A DNA stretch of 63,229 nucleotides, counting the filler, from Octopus bimaculoides (lineage: Eukaryota), in assembly GCF_001194135.2 (NCBI RefSeq). It is 11 parts of 10 records of this genome, joined end to end, with 100 filler letters (N's around TTAATTAATTAA, not from the genome) between each part and the next. Parts side by side here need not be neighbours in the genome. Positions count along the whole stretch, not along the records: positions 5,085 to 18,173 come from NC_068984.1; positions 18,274 to 25,939 come from NC_068994.1; 9 more parts are not named here. One strand, given 5' to 3'. Position 1 is the stretch's first letter. Each line of letters starts with the position of its first letter. The notes beneath the pieces are model-generated. The model was not told the DNA's origin, searched no databases, and saw only the letters and a program-made list of their open reading frames with translations. Positions 10,686 to 24,065 of this stretch are shown here, piece by piece. Both the position numbers and the translations under genes were made by a program.

Positions 10686-12900
10686 ATTCTGGAGAGACAT
10701 TTGGAGCCAAGAAGTGAAACACAATGACGATGCAGAATGATTAAAAAAAAAATAAGGCAAAATAATGCAGATTTGCCAAAAGAAAGAAACGTAGAGATCA
10801 CAGATGAAAACTTGAAAAATGTCTTGAAAGTGATGCCAAACTGGAAATCTCCAGGACCAAATCTGATTTTGGCTAAAACGTTTCATTGCACTCAACAACA
10901 GAATGAGTACACAACTAAATAGTTGTATTGAGACAAGTAATGTTCCCGAATAGATGACAAGAGGCAGGGTCGGTGTTAATAGTGAAAGATCATATAGCAA
11001 GTAACTACCGACTAACAACTTGTCTTTCACTCATGTGGAAGTTATTGAAAAGGATATGTATTAGAGTCTTGAAGAAGGAAATCTACTGTCAGAAGAACAG
11101 AAAATGTGTAGAAAAGGTTCTAGAAGTACAAACGACCTATTATATATAGATCAACAAGTCCTTCAAGAAATCAAAAGTAGAAAGAAAAATCTAGCAATTG
11201 CATGAATTGATTACCATAAGGTATATCACAGCGTTCCACATTCATGTCTCAATATAGTTGGGATAGCAGAGAATGTTGTTTGGCTCTTATAAAACAGCAT
11301 GTCAAAATGGAAAACTATACTTCCATCTACTCATGTTAAGTTAGGTAAGGTTAGCATAAGAAGAGGAATATTTCAAGGTGATATTTTTGCAGTTGCTATT
11401 CGTAGTTGCTCTTATTGCTTTTACATTGAACGTGAGAGAGACTAAGTCATGTTCTGTTTATAGATGATCTAAAATGAGAAAGCTTTAAATTCATCGGTCC
11501 AGGCTGTTAGAATCGTGAGTGAGAACATTGGAACATTTACGTGTGTAGTGCAAATAATAAAGAGAGGAAAAGTATCCAAGGCAGAAGGGATTAAACTCTT
11601 AGATGAGACATCAATCAAAAACAATAAATGAAGGTGATGGTACAAGTACGTTGGTGTACTAGGAGGAGATAGAATTCTTTATCAAGAAGTGGAGAAAGTG
11701 TAAAATGAATATTTCACGAGAATGAAAAGAGTGCTAAGCTCAAAACTGAATGGAGGTGAAAGCATCTCTGCAGTAAAAACATGCGCTGTGTCTCTAACAG
11801 GATATTTTGCTACTTTCTTCGACTGGATTAGGGAAGAACTAAAAGACATAGACTGTAAAACCAGAATGACAATGACTATGTATAGGTCATTACACCCTAG
11901 AGACAGTGTTAAACCTATCATAGAAAGAGGGAGGGAGAGGACTAATGTCGATAAAAAAAACTGCGAGGAGATGGCAGAATGCGATATAGAAGGGTATGTG
12001 AGAAACAGCGCAGAAAAACTGATTTCAGCTACCAGATGAGAGGAGAAAGAATCTATGGAGATCGCGAAAGAATACAAGAAAAAAGGAAAACAGGAACAAT
12101 GAAGAAACATCTGAGGAAAAGAGCTGCATTGTTGATATCTCAGACAAACGCATGATGTTGCAGTGGGTGAATCTTAGTTATGGTTGAAGAATGGAGAATT
12201 TAAAAAAAGAAACGGAAGGACTCATTATGGCTGCTCAAAGTCAGGCAATACGAAAGAATATCATAAAGGCAAGAATAAACAACTATGAAAAGTGCTAAGT
12301 GCAGAATGTGTAGCGAGAAAGAGAAGTTCGTCGTGCACATAAGTTCTTGTAGTCCTTTGGCACAGAAGGAGTATAGACGCAGACACAATTGTGTAGCCGA
12401 GGCATTATACGGGAACATATTACGGCAAAGAGGGTTTGAAGGAAGCTGAAAATGGTACTAACACCAACCGCAAAATGTTACCGAGAATGATCAATTTAAG
12501 GTCTTATGAAACTTGACTGTTCAGACTAACCGGTCGCAAAACTCAAGCAAGACAACCAGATATTCCTGACAAGAGAGTGTATCATCATAGATATGGCTGT
12601 GTCCGATGATATGAATGTAGCTGTTAAAGAACAAGAGTAAATAGAAAAATATCAGAACTTGGTTAGGAAAATACGAAGGCTGTGGAGGATTTCTGCAAAA
12701 GTAATCCCAGTAGTTCTAGACGCCCCAGTAACCGTTACTTACAGATTTGGTAGTTCCCTTATTGAGATTGATGTATTAATACAGAAATCTGTTCTATTAG
12801 GAACTGCAAGGATAGTTCGAAAGGCCCGCGATATCTAAGGAAACTGGTTGTGACCCGGTAGTAAGTACATGGATTCCAAATATAAAATATAACATATTTG
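10686..12900 (+). mobile_element. Decayed R4/Dong-like LINE (RT, CCHC, RLE)
   Basis: NWKSPGP, YIDQQVLQEIKSRKKNLA, RGIFQGD, IDDLK (about 11460), KKETEGLIMAAQ, CRMC...H...C, IIDMAVSDD...EKYQNL...RRLW; many stops; (GAT)n follows the 3' UTR. Confidence 0.9.
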
Positions 12901-13199
12901 TACATATCATATGCTGATGATAATGATGATGATGATGATGGTGATGATGACGATAGCCATTTCTATAATAGCAATAAAGAAACGAAGACATACAAAAAAG
13001 TAACAGGGCTTCAGAAGGCTTGTTTGGACGGAGAAATTATACAAAGACAAGGAAGGGGTGAAGGACGTGGTATGTATAACTGGACGAATTAAAAATTTAT
13101 AAAACACAAAAATCTACACGGAAATAAATAAAAGATATGAAAAAATTCCCCACAAAATCTCTTGTTTTAACAAGAGATTTATATATAATTTAAACCTCC

Positions 13200-14110
13200 A
13201 CTTGTGTTGATCAGTGTATCTCACTTCCCTGATAAAATTTGCGATGCGCTTTATTGCAAATGTTCAGGAGATTCCAAAATCTTCAGTGAATTGTTTTCAG
13301 TTACTGGTCATAGTAGCATTATTTATCATTAGTCCAATCACTCTGCGTTTTTTTTTCCATGAAACCAGGCAACTCAACTCTCAAACAGTACACCTGATCC
13401 CTAAAGTTTTCTCAGGTATCGTCAAAGCTAGGATCATCAAATTCATTAGAGACAGTTTCTCGAATGCTTATCTATGCCAACGTAATTTCATTAATATCTT
13501 TACGAGCTTTTACATCATTCATGCAAACTTTTCGAAACTTGAAATTTTCTCGAACCAGTTTGCAACTAGTGTCGCATTCGGCATTATCCTGAAACAGGTT
13601 GAATATTAACTTGTATATAATCTTTTTGGATCGCTATGAAATGGGTAATTTGACTATATTTGGATCTAGGATGAACCAGTATGACCTTGTCATTTTTAAA
13701 AAAGTTATCTAGATTGCCAGAATGAAATCAAGGAAATTGAAAGCGCTATTAACATTTCCAGTGCCAAAATGAACAAGGCCTCATGCTGCATTTCAATTCG
13801 TGCATTGAAGCTATTGAAAGATATCAAATTTTCATACTTTGGGACTGATGAAATGGCGTTATGAACCTGCGGTGGTTATGTCTGTTGGAGAATAATCCAA
13901 GAAAATAGAAACATTTTGTCCACATGACAGCGGTAATCGAATCTTCGTAATGCAAGTTTATGCTGTTGGACGTTCAATTTGTTCAACTAAACTTATTCTT
14001 ATGACAAAAAATACTTCACTATACCCCTTCGCTCTTTGATTTTCCGAACCAAAATAAGTTTCAATTGTCTTTGCTTTTCAAGAATGCTACATAGAAATCC
14101 ACTTCAAGTT
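13200..14110 (-). mobile_element. RTE-clade LINE remnant: APE endonuclease and linker
   Basis: Degenerate minus-strand translation YFWFGKSKSE..., KIRLPLS...YSPT, HFGTGNVNS and ENFRDQVY...KKR...DW, following RTE APE motif order. Confidence 0.65.
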
Positions 14111-14149
14111 TAGAATAAAATGAATTTTTGATCTGAGGAGATTCTGCTG

Positions 14150-14400
14150 AAAAGTTCAGCATTAAAACATTGATCATCACCGGTCAAATGTGTTGGTCAG
14201 GCATGTAAGGATGATCAGTTAACGAGTCCCAGAACAGCTGTTCTACGGAAAATGGAAAGAGTTCATGAAATAAGCCCAGAACAGATGCGTGGGCTGTATA
14301 AAAAGACAATTTTAAATCTCCAGGTATAAATGTTAGCAACTGCGAAGAGCCAGTGATCATTCGGAATGATTAGATGCATTCCTTTAAGGAATTATGTAAT
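14150..14400 (+). mobile_element. RTE-clade LINE C-terminal remnant, opposite strand to the adjacent APE fragment
   Basis: SIKTLIITGQMCWSGM...QLFYGK resembles the RTE PSIEx...QLRWxGH...PKQLFYGE region. Confidence 0.5.
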
Positions 14401-14596
14401 ATGTCTGAGACAGGACAGATTTAAAACGCTGGCCTCAAACGTAGTTTACATAAAGTCGTCTTTCTGAACCTGCCCAAAGATTTGGAGAGCTGGAAAAGTG
14501 ATAATCGTGGATGTGCTCTTCTTCCGAGAGTAAGCTATGTTAGTCACATAAAATCGTACATATTCAGAAACGCTGGTAATATTTACAGATACATAA

Positions 14597-14812
14597 AGGC
14601 AGTGAGCTGGCAGAAATGTTACCTCACCGGGCAAAATGCTTAGCGGCATTTCGTCCTTCTTTACGTCCTGAGTCCAAATTCCACCGAAGTCGACTTTGCC
14701 TTCTATCCTTTCGGAGGTCGACAAAATAAGTACCAGTTTTAGGACTGGGGTTGCTGTAATCGATTTACCCCGCCCCCGGAATTGTTAGCTTTGTGCCAAA
14801 ATTTGAAACCAA
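14597..14812 (+). mobile_element. SINE family A copy
   Basis: aaggcagtgagctggcagaa...gtcgactttgcc...aagtaccagt...ccttgtgccaaaatttgaaacc-type tail. Confidence 0.85.
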
Positions 14813-15367
14813 TATTTATGGATACAAATATTTTATGTACAATGTGCAGCAAAGCACGTAGTCAATATCTAGGCTACAAAGACACGTGGTACAGCCAGAC
14901 ATAATCATTGCATAAGATACGTTAAGTTTTGTGAGTGATATTTTCTTTTGACATTGTTAATCATTAGCTGGTCTTGTGAATAGTCCTAAAGTAGATGTGA
15001 CAGTAAACAGAAGTTGAATAGGCGATGAATAATGAGTCGACTATCATCTGATAAGATGAAGCAATCATCATATCTGTGTATGCATGCATGGTTGTCTACA
15101 TGCATGTTTGCATGTGTGTGTATGTATATTTGTCTGTCTATGCGTAGGCATTACCTTATTTCAAGATCGCCACGTCATAGGATTGGACAACAGATTTGTG
15201 CTTTTGACATTGTTAAATTACCGGTACTTTTCAAACTGACTTGTCAAATACATATCTAATAAGAGAGCAATAAAAGGAAGTTGCTTAGAAAGGATGAGCA
15301 AAGGATGAAGTGAAGGGACGTGAATATAAAAGAAAAGAGTGAAAAAGAAATAAACTAGCATCTCAGT

Positions 15368-15726
15368 GGCACTCCGTCGGTTACGACGACGTGGGCTCGA
15401 GGGTTCCAGTTGATCCGAGCAACGGAACAGCCGGCTCGTGAAATTAACGTGTAAGTGGCTGAGCATTCCACAGACACATGTACCCTTAACGTAGTTCTCG
15501 GGGAGATTCAACATGACACAGTGTGTGACAAGGCTGGCCCTTTGAAATACAGGTACAACAGAAACAGGAAGAAAGAGTGAGAAAAAGTTGTGGTGAAAGA
15601 GTACAGCAGGCTTCGCCACCATCCTCTACCGGAGTCTTGGGGAGCTTTAGGTGTTTTCGCTCAATAAACACTCACAACGCCTGGTCTGGGAATCCACTGC
15701 CCTAACCACCGGGCCATTGCGCCTCC
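15368..15726 (-). mobile_element. SINE family B, near full length
   Basis: Reverse complement aligns along 1032-1392; followed by (CA)n(TATG)n. Confidence 0.9.
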
Positions 15727-16852
15727 ACACACACACACACACACACACGTATGCATGTGTATGCATGTGTATGTATGTATGTATGTATGTATGTATGTAT
15801 GTATGTATGTATGTGTGTATGTATGTATGTATGGATACGTATATGTGTGTGTATGTGTGTGTGTGCGTCTGTGTATGCATGTAGTATGTGCGTGTATGTA
15901 GTATGTGTATGTATGTATATTCATTTATGTAAATACACCAACAACTCGTTTTACGTTTCCTCTTAGAAGGAATGAAACCACACCATAACGAAGCTGGTAA
16001 TGAAGTTTAACTGCCAAAGAAACGTGGGAAAAAACCATTTCTGTTCTTTGGCCCTCCCGGAAATTTACCTTTTAAAATTGAACCTCTTGATAAGGAACCA
16101 TCTCGTAGTTTTCATTTGCACACACAAAAGACAGCAATCAATTTCAATCGGTTTGATTTTGCATACTTGAGTATTTTCTTGTGCAACGTTACAACACTTG
16201 TGTAGCAATTTCGTAATTTCTTAAAAGATAGTAATTTTGTTTTTTTTAAAATTAATTCAGTATACATTTTATCTCATCATGTCACGTAAGTGTAAAGCAA
16301 TATCATTTGACATCAAACTAACGATTATAAAGAGTAGGAGAAAAAGAAATGAAAAGTGTTGTCGCAGAATCATTAGACTTGCACTTTAAAACCTATGATG
16401 AATCAATTTGATAAAATAAAAGTTGTCATAAAGAAATTTACAAGAGCTTAATGCTTCTAAACTAACATGTACACACAGTAAAATCATTAAAAAAATAGAG
16501 TGTTTGTGTTCATATATCACAGCATCACGCACCACTCTCCTAAGCCCATTATACAGCAAAAGATGTCAAATATATTTAAGCAGTTGAAACAAGAAGCTCA
16601 AGAAGTTATTCAAACGTTTGTTTCTTCTCACGGATGAAAAGTTAAAAAAGAAAAACGATTTAATCTCCAGAGCATCCTAGCATTCGGTAACAGAAGATTC
16701 ACTATATGTTTGAAATTCAAACTACATTGTAAGTTACAGTAAAGTTGAAGAATATTCTAAGAAATAAATATTCACCAAATCTAGTTGTTAACGCAGATGA
16801 ATGTAGGCTGCACCAGAGTATAAAACAGTAAAAGATCATTTCACATTATGTC

Positions 16853-17152
16853 GGAGCACTCCGTCGGTTACGACGACAAGGGTTCCAGCTGATACGATCA
16901 ACGGAACAGCTTGCTCGTGAAATTAACGTGCATGTGACTGAGCAATCCACAGACACGTGTACCCCTAACGCAGTTCCCAGAGAGATTCAGCGTAACACAG
17001 AGTATGACAAGGCCAGCCCTTTGAAATACAGGTACTACTCATTTTTGCCAGCTGAGTGGACTGGAGCAACGTGAAATAAAGTGTCTTGCTCAATTGAACT
17101 CACGACCTTAAGATCGTGAGCCGAATGCCCTAACCACTAAGCAACGCGCCTT
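16853..17152 (-). mobile_element. SINE family B variant
   Basis: Reverse complement matches 9527-9828 (gtgaaggcgcgt head, gctccagtccactcagc core, cggagtgc tail). Confidence 0.85.
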
Positions 17153-17229
17153 CACTCACCCATTGTATAACTAGGAGCAAATTCCACAAAAGACTGGGAT
17201 ATGAAACCGTTGCTGTTTCCGATGCTTTG

Positions 17230-17480
17230 AGAGAGCATTGAAAGGTATCTGCAAATCTAGTCTGCTTCTTACAGAGAAATATAATAGAAAGGCTTGGGTT
17301 ACACGAGATTTGTTTCTTGAATGTTTCGTTGAACATTTCTTCCCCGCTGACAAATGTTACTACGAATTTTTGCATTTAGACAACGCTCCTAGTCATACTT
17401 CAAATATTGTTCCACTCAGACTGTGCGTACCTGCTGAAGTTATTTTTATTCAAATAAACAAAACTTCTGCGCTCCGGATT
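17230..17480 (+). mobile_element. pogo/Tigger DDE transposase remnant
   Basis: ORF 17238..17555: YNRKAWVTRDLFLECFVEHF...LHLDNAPSH...EVIFI, the DDE_1 motifs KAWVT and LDNAPxH. Confidence 0.8.
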
Positions 17481-17997
17481 CAACTCTTAACCGAAGCAAA
17501 CTTCGCCTATCATTCTTTTGGCGTAGACAAATACAGTACCAGTCCATGTCGATGATCAGTGGATTTGCTGGAGCGTTGGATGGTATACTAAACGGTATCT
17601 GTTCCTGGTCTGTGGCATGGAGATGAAAGTCTTGCATGCATAAGCAACAACATCTCTTACATAAAAATCCTTGACCATATATATATATCCCAAATTTGTA
17701 ATAATAATTATATATATACGCAGGAGAGGCTGTGTGGTAGTGGGAGCCAGAAAACAAGGGAAAGAAAAAGCAAGGGGTCTACCCTGGTGGTCGGATGCCT
17801 ATCCTTCAGGAGAGCTATTACAAATTGCATCTGTAATGAGCAATGCTTCAATCGAACATTGTAAATATAATCCAATTTTTATTGTATATTTAAAATTGTA
17901 AATATTTAATCGATACAGCTACTTCACCCCTTTTATGTTTGTCTGTCCTTGTTCGTCCCCTCTTTGTAATGCCTTTATGGCAAATATTTATGAAATA

Positions 17998-18137
17998 AAG
18001 TAGCTTGCTAACCAACCACATGGTTCCAGGTTCAGACCCACTGCGTGGCACCTTGTGCAAATGTCTTCTACTATAGCCTCGGGCCGACCAAAGCTTTGTG
18101 AGTGGATTTGATAGACGGAAACTGAAAGAAGCCCGTC

Positions 18138-18140
<3 letters not shown>
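17998..18140 (+). mobile_element. SINE family C head running into (TA)n and a gap
   Basis: tagcttgctaaccaaccacatggttccaggttcag...gacggaaactgaaagaagcccgtcgtata. Confidence 0.85.
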
Positions 18141-18173
<33 letters not shown>

Positions 18174-18640
18174 NNNNNNNNNNNNNNNNNNNNNNNNNNN
18201 NNNNNNNNNNNNNNNNNTTAATTAATTAANNNNNNNNNNNNNNNNNNNNNNNNNNNNNNNNNNNNNNNNNNNNTCTTTCATTCATAAACAAAATCACCGA
18301 CCCCGCCACAAGTTGTCATGGTCTTATGTAAACATGAATAAGGAACAATAAACAAAACCTATCTAAACATGTGTAGATGTGTAAAAACATACGGATGATT
18401 GTATGCGGTAAGAAGCTTGCTTCCTAACCTCATGAGTTCCAGTTTGGTCCCCACCCCCCCGCTGAGTGGCATCTTAGGCAAGTGTTTTTTTTACTTGAGC
18501 CCTAGGTTGATCAAGGCCTTGTGAGTGATTCTGTAAACAAGCCAGTGTCACGTAAAAAGTACCCAATAGCCTCTATAAAATGTTTTTGGATTCAAGCTCC
18601 AGCATCATGCTCTGGTGTCTCTGGCGGCAACAGCTCGCGG

Positions 18641-18730
18641 CTTCAGCGGAAACGGCCTGCAACTTCGGCGAAAACGGACAGCGACTTCGGCGGAAATGGA
18701 CAGTGACTTTGTGGGTGGAAACGGCCCGCT
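18641..18730. repeat. CpG-rich 22-bp degenerate minisatellite, about 4 units
   Basis: cttcagcggaaacggcctgcaa / cttcggcgaaaacggacagcga / cttcggcggaaatggacagtga / ctttgtgggtggaaacggcccg. Confidence 0.75.
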
Positions 18731-19189
18731 GAGTAGACTGGAGTGATGTGAAATGAAATGCCTTGCTCAAGAACCCATGACCTCATGATAGGTCCAACAC
18801 GCTTACTCATTAAGCCATGTGCCATCACATCCAGTAAGGATGGGGTTGTGGGACTGTTGTGGCAGCAGTCGAAAGAGTTAGAAGAGAGATAGAGAAGATA
18901 AAGATAATATTTGAAAGTGGTCCAGATGGTGTTGGTAAGAAGGGGGTATTGTATTGGCTTGTTGGGGAAGGGGTGCGTTTTATGAGTCAGGCTTTCTTTT
19001 ATAGGGGCACACCATGGTAAAAAAATATAAGAAAAGAAAATGCACAAAGACCTCTACATGAAATTAAACTGAATGGAAGTTGTAAGTAAAATGTAATAAG
19101 GTGAGACCAGTACATACATACATACATACACACTCACACCAAAGAGAAGTGAGATGAGTATTGAGAGAGATTGGATACTGACTGTGTAT

Positions 19190-19917
19190 ATAAGAGAGAG
19201 AGAGACAATGAGGGGGAGACAGGCAGATAGAGAGAGAGAGGCGATCAAAGAGAGAGAGACAGACAAAGAGAGAGAGAGATAGACAACGAGAGAGAGAGAG
19301 AGACAAAGAGAGAGAGAGACAGACAGACAAAGAGAGAGACAGACAGACGAGAGAGAGAGAGACAGACGAGAGAGAGAGAGACAGACGAGAGAGAGAGAGA
19401 CAGACGAGAGAGAGAGAGACAGACGAGAGAGANNNNNNNNNNNNNNNNNNNNNNNNNNNNNNNNNNNNNNNNNNNNNNNNNNNNNNNNNNNNNNNNNNNN
19501 NNNNNNNNNNNNNNNNNNNNNNNNNNNNNNNNNNNNNNNNNNNNNNNNNNNNNNNNNNNNNNNNNNNNNNNNNNNNNNNNNNNNNNNNNNNNNNNNNNNN
19601 NNNNNNNNNNNNNNNNNNNNNNNNNNNNNNNNNNNNNNNNNNNNNNNNNNNNNNNNNNNNNNNNNNNNNNNNNNNNNNNNNNNNNNNNNNNNNNNNNNNN
19701 NNNNNNNNNNNNNNNNNNNNNNNNNNNNNNNNNNNNNNNNNNNNNNNNNNNNNNNNNNNNNNNNNNNNNNNNNNNNNNNNNNNNNNNNNNNNNNNNNNNN
19801 NNNNNNNNNNNNNNNNNNNNNNNNNNNNNNNNNNNNNNNNNNNNNNNNNNNNNNNNNNNNNNNNNNNNNNNNNNNNNNNNNNNNNNNNNNNNNNNNNNNN
19901 NNNNNNNNNAGACAGAC

Positions 19918-19951
<34 letters not shown>

Positions 19952-19975
19952 CATAGACAATACAGAGTGTCAGAC
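19190..19975. repeat. (GA)n/GACA compound repeat spanning an N gap
   Basis: Units such as agacagacgagagagagag on both sides of the gap. Confidence 0.9.
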
Positions 19976-20407
19976 ATAGATAGGCAGACAGACAGACAGA
20001 CAAAGCTGATTATAAGAGTCAGCAGGTTGCTAAAAGGTAAGATTTAAGTCATAGGTTACACAGATAGAAGAGATGCAAGGAAGAAGATGTGGCTTGCTGG
20101 GCTGAAAGATGGGTGGTGGGAGTGGATGTGAGGAAAGCAGTATGGGGGTGGTGGTGGAGTTGCCAGCTTATGTTGGCTTGTAGAAAATGGGTGTATACCA
20201 CCACCACCACCGCTGATGCTGACAAGACTGGATAAAGAAGGTTGTAAGCAACTGATATTGATGGAGGTGTGAACAATAACAAGAAAGGAAAAAGAAAAAA
20301 AAATAATAAAGGAAATAAAATTGGCTGAAGATGGCAGACTTTATAATTGAAATAAACTTTTGTGTGTGTGTGTGTGTGTGTGCATGAGATCAACAGACAG
20401 ATATGAT

Positions 20408-20515
20408 CATCATCATCATCATCGTCGTCGTTTTAACGTCTGCCTTCTATGCTGGCATGGGTGGGACGGTTTGACAGAAGCTGGCCCCGGGCAGAAGCTG
20501 ACACCAGACTTCTGG
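20408..20515 (-). mobile_element. RTE-type 3' tail with (CAT)n end
   Basis: catcatc...ttttaacgtctgccttctatgctggcatgggtgggacggtttgacag; related tails at about 22075 (-), 23760 (-) and 30500 (+). Confidence 0.6.
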
Positions 20516-21784
20516 TAAATTATAGTTATTTAGTTATTTTCTGCAGTGTCGGTTCTGCTCCGAACACTTTGTTGCAGAGGTAGAGACAGGGGGTAAAGGA
20601 AAAGATTACGAAACTATCTGAAAGCGTGTGCGCGTATAAAAATATGTATATATACACATATGCATACATACATGTGTATGTATAATAGCTGCAGGCATTA
20701 CACCATGGTGGTGAGGGACACACGTGCACATCAAGAAATTGGGATGACACATACACACAAACACACAGGCACACACACACGCGTACATACACACACACAT
20801 ACATGCGCGTGCACGCATACATACAAGTACTNNNNNNNNNNACATACACACAAACACACAGGCACACACACACGCGTACATACACACACACATACATGCG
20901 CGTGCACGCATACATACAAGTACTCATGTACATACATGCACGCACACGCACATGCATGCACATACACATGCATACATACACGCACACACGTACATGCACG
21001 CAGTGTACACATACACACATGCATACAAGCACACATGTACATACACACACATGCATACACACGCATACATACATGCTCATGTACATACACGCATGCACAC
21101 ACATACAAGCACCCACACACACACAGTCATCATCAGAAAATTTGGATGACAAAAGGNNNNNNNNNNNNNNNNNNNNNNNNNNNNNNNNNNNNNNNNNNNN
21201 NNNNNNNNNNNNNNNNNNNNNNNNNNNNNNNNNNNNNNNNNNNNNNNNNNNNNNNNNNNNNNNNNNNNNNNNNNNNNNNNNNNNNNNNNNNNNNNNNNNN
21301 NNNNNNNNNNNNNNNNNNNNNNNNNNNNNNNNNNNNNNNNNNNNNNNNNNNNNNNNNNNNNNNNNNNNNNNNNNNNNNNNNNNNNNNNNNNNNNNNNNNN
21401 NNNNNNNNNNNNNNNNNNNNNNNNNNNNNNNNNNNNNNNNNNNNNNNNNNNNNNNNNNNNNNNNNNNNNNNNNNNNNNNNNNNNNNNNNNNNNNNNNNNN
21501 NNNNNNNNNNNNNNNNNNNNNNNNNNNNNNNNNNNNNNNNNNNNNNNNNNNNNNNNNNNNNNNNNNNNNNNNNNNNNNNNNNNNNNNNNNNNNNNNNNNN
21601 NNNNNNNNNNNNNNNNNNNNNNNNNNNNNNNNNNNNNNNNNNNNNNNNNNNNNNNNNNNNNNNNNNNNNNNNNNNNNNNNNNNNNNNNNNNNNNNNNNNN
21701 NNNNNNNNNNNNNNNNNNNNNNNNNNNNNNNNNNNNNNNNNNNNNNNNNNNNNNNNNNNNNNNNNNNNNNNNNNNNNNNNNNNN

Positions 21785-21885
21785 CAGTTACGCATTGGGG
21801 TCGATGTAATCGACTTAATCCCTTTGTCTGTCCTTGCTTGTCCCCTCTATATTTAGCCCCTTGTGGGCAATAAAGAAATAAGAAA
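21785..21885 (+). mobile_element. SINE family A 3' part
   Basis: Nearly identical to 57514-57608 (cagttacgca...gatgtaatcgacttaatccctttgtctg...gggcaataaagaaata). Confidence 0.9.
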
Positions 21886-22794
21886 CATTTCATTCGCAGT
21901 TAAAGTGACACATACCTGATCCAGAGTAAACTAGTTTCTGTAAACGCCTGAGTAGAGAAAACTTTCCAGATATTTCTAAACGGGAGTACTTACCTAAAAT
22001 GAAACAAAGAGAATATTTTGAAAACACATAACATATATATATATATAGATATACACACACATTTAACATATATATTATCATCATCATCATTTAGCATCCA
22101 CTGTCCAGGGTTGGTAAGCTAAGGGCTGCACCAGGCTCCAGTCTAACTTCGCATGGTTTTGACAGTTGGATGCCCTTCCACACACACACACACACACACA
22201 AAATTTTCAATGTACCAGTATCAATGATTGGATAATGGCCATGCTGGAGCACTACCTTCAAGGGTTCAGTCAAACCTAGTGACATACTTTCAGTGCAATA
22301 CTTTTATCAATCCTCTTATCAAACTGCTAAGTTTTAGGACATCAATGAATACAACACGAATAGAAACAGAGATACACATGCACAGATATNNNNNNNNNNN
22401 NNNNNNNNNNNNNNNNNNNNNNNNNNNNNNNNNNNNNNNNNNNNNNNNNNNNNNNNNNNNNNNNNNNNNNNNNNNNNNNNNNNNNNNNNNNNNNNNNNNN
22501 NNNNNNNNNNNNNNNNNNNNNNNNNNNNNNNNNNNNNNNNNNNNNNNNNNNNNNNNNNNNNNNNNNNNNNNNNNNNNNNNNNNNNNNNNNNNNNNNNNNN
22601 NNNNNNNNNNNNNNNNNNNNNNNNNNNNNNNNNNNNNNNNNNNNNNNNNNNNNNNNNNNNNNNNNNNNNNNNNNNNNNNNNNNNNNNNNNNNNNNNNNNN
22701 NNNNNNNNNNNNNNNNNNNNNNNNNNNNNNNNNNNNNNNNNNNNNNNNNNNNNNNNNNNNNNNNNNNNNNNNNNNNNNNNNNNNNNNNNNNNNN

Positions 22795-22830
<36 letters not shown>

Positions 22831-22841
22831 CATACATATAC

Positions 22842-22880
<39 letters not shown>

Positions 22881-23440
22881 TATACACACACCCACCCACA
22901 CACACGCACATATATATACACACACACACACATACACAACAACCATATTCCATAACTGCATGGGTCAGGCAAAGTTTGAGGTAGATCTTCTATGGCCGGT
23001 TGCTCCTTTTGTTGCCAACCTCTACCTGATTCCAAGCATCTTAATATTTCTACATGGCTCCACATATTTTCACAGAACAGTGAAATACTTGGAATTCCAC
23101 TGCTAAAAGAAATTTACTTCATGCCTCTCTCAAAGCTTATAAATTCTTCAGAGGTAAACNNNNNNNNNNNNNNNNNNNNNNNNNNNNNNNNNNNNNNNNN
23201 NNNNNNNNNNNNNNNNNNNNNNNNNNNNNNNNNNNNNNNNNNNNNNNNNNNNNNNNNNNNNNNNNNNNNNNNNNNNNNNNNNNNNNNNNNNNNNNNNNNN
23301 NNNNNNNNNNNNNNNNNNNNNNNNNNNNNNNNNNNNNNNNNNNNNNNNNNNNNNNNNNNNNNNNNNNNNNNNNNNNNNNNNNNNNNNNNNNNNNNNNNNN
23401 NNNNNNNNNNNNNNNNNNNNNNNNNNNNNNNNNNNNNNNN

Positions 23441-23474
<34 letters not shown>

Positions 23475-23489
23475 TGTGCGTGCTATGTA

Positions 23490-23690
23490 AATTTTAGAAA
23501 GAATTACAAGACAGATTCCTCGAGCCAAGCCAACTGACGGGAGACCAATGGAGAACAAGATGATTGGATAAAATTCGTCTCGGGAATCCAGCAAGAACAT
23601 CTAATGACTGTTGCATCTGCTAGGACCCTACGGAGAAGGTATCAGAGGTCTCCATCTCCATGACCTTCCCAGGAATAGGAGACAGAGAAA
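23490..23690 (+). mobile_element. LINE (RTE-like) C-terminal remnant
   Basis: Across frameshifts RITRQIPRAKPT...GRP...RTRxLD...LGIQQEHLMTVASAR, resembling the GRPRTRW...AxDRxxW LINE end. Confidence 0.5.
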
Positions 23691-23926
23691 ATGGGTGGAT
23701 GGATGTTTTCAGAATATATATAATATTGAATAATCCTCATTTAACATCCAATTATCCTTGCTGACAGGGGTTGGGCAGTTTTGACAAGAGCTGGCGAGCC
23801 AGAGAACTGCACCAGGTTCCAATAGTCTGTTTTAGAAAAGTGTCTACAGATGAATGCCAACCACTTTACAGAGTGCACTGGGTGCTTTTTGCATAAGAAT
23901 ATTCAATCTAGATTATTACTCTTTTA

Positions 23927-24065
23927 CTCTTAGCGGTTCGGCAAAAAGAGACCGATAGAATAAGTACTAGGCATACAAAGAATAAGACCTGGGGTCGATT
24001 TTCTCGACTAAAGGCAGTGCTCCAGCATGGCCGCAGTCAAATGACTGAAACAAGTAAAAGAGTAA
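23927..24065 (+). mobile_element. SINE family C tail
   Basis: cttagcggttcggcaaaagagaccgatagaataagtactagg...gtcaaatgactgaaacaagtaaaagag. Confidence 0.85.

Noticed and set aside
17446-17757. Minus-strand NAPANP peptide as a second pogo fragment
   Set aside because: The similarity is limited to a few residues and the flanking motifs are absent.
20751-20921. About 80-bp exact tandem duplication
   Set aside because: The copies flank a 10-N gap, typical of overlapping contig ends.
19054-23600. Long ORFs of 150-455 aa in the ORF track
   Set aside because: They read through N gaps and (GA)n, (CA)n or (TA)n repeats; the same applies at 35677-37365 and 52981-54094.
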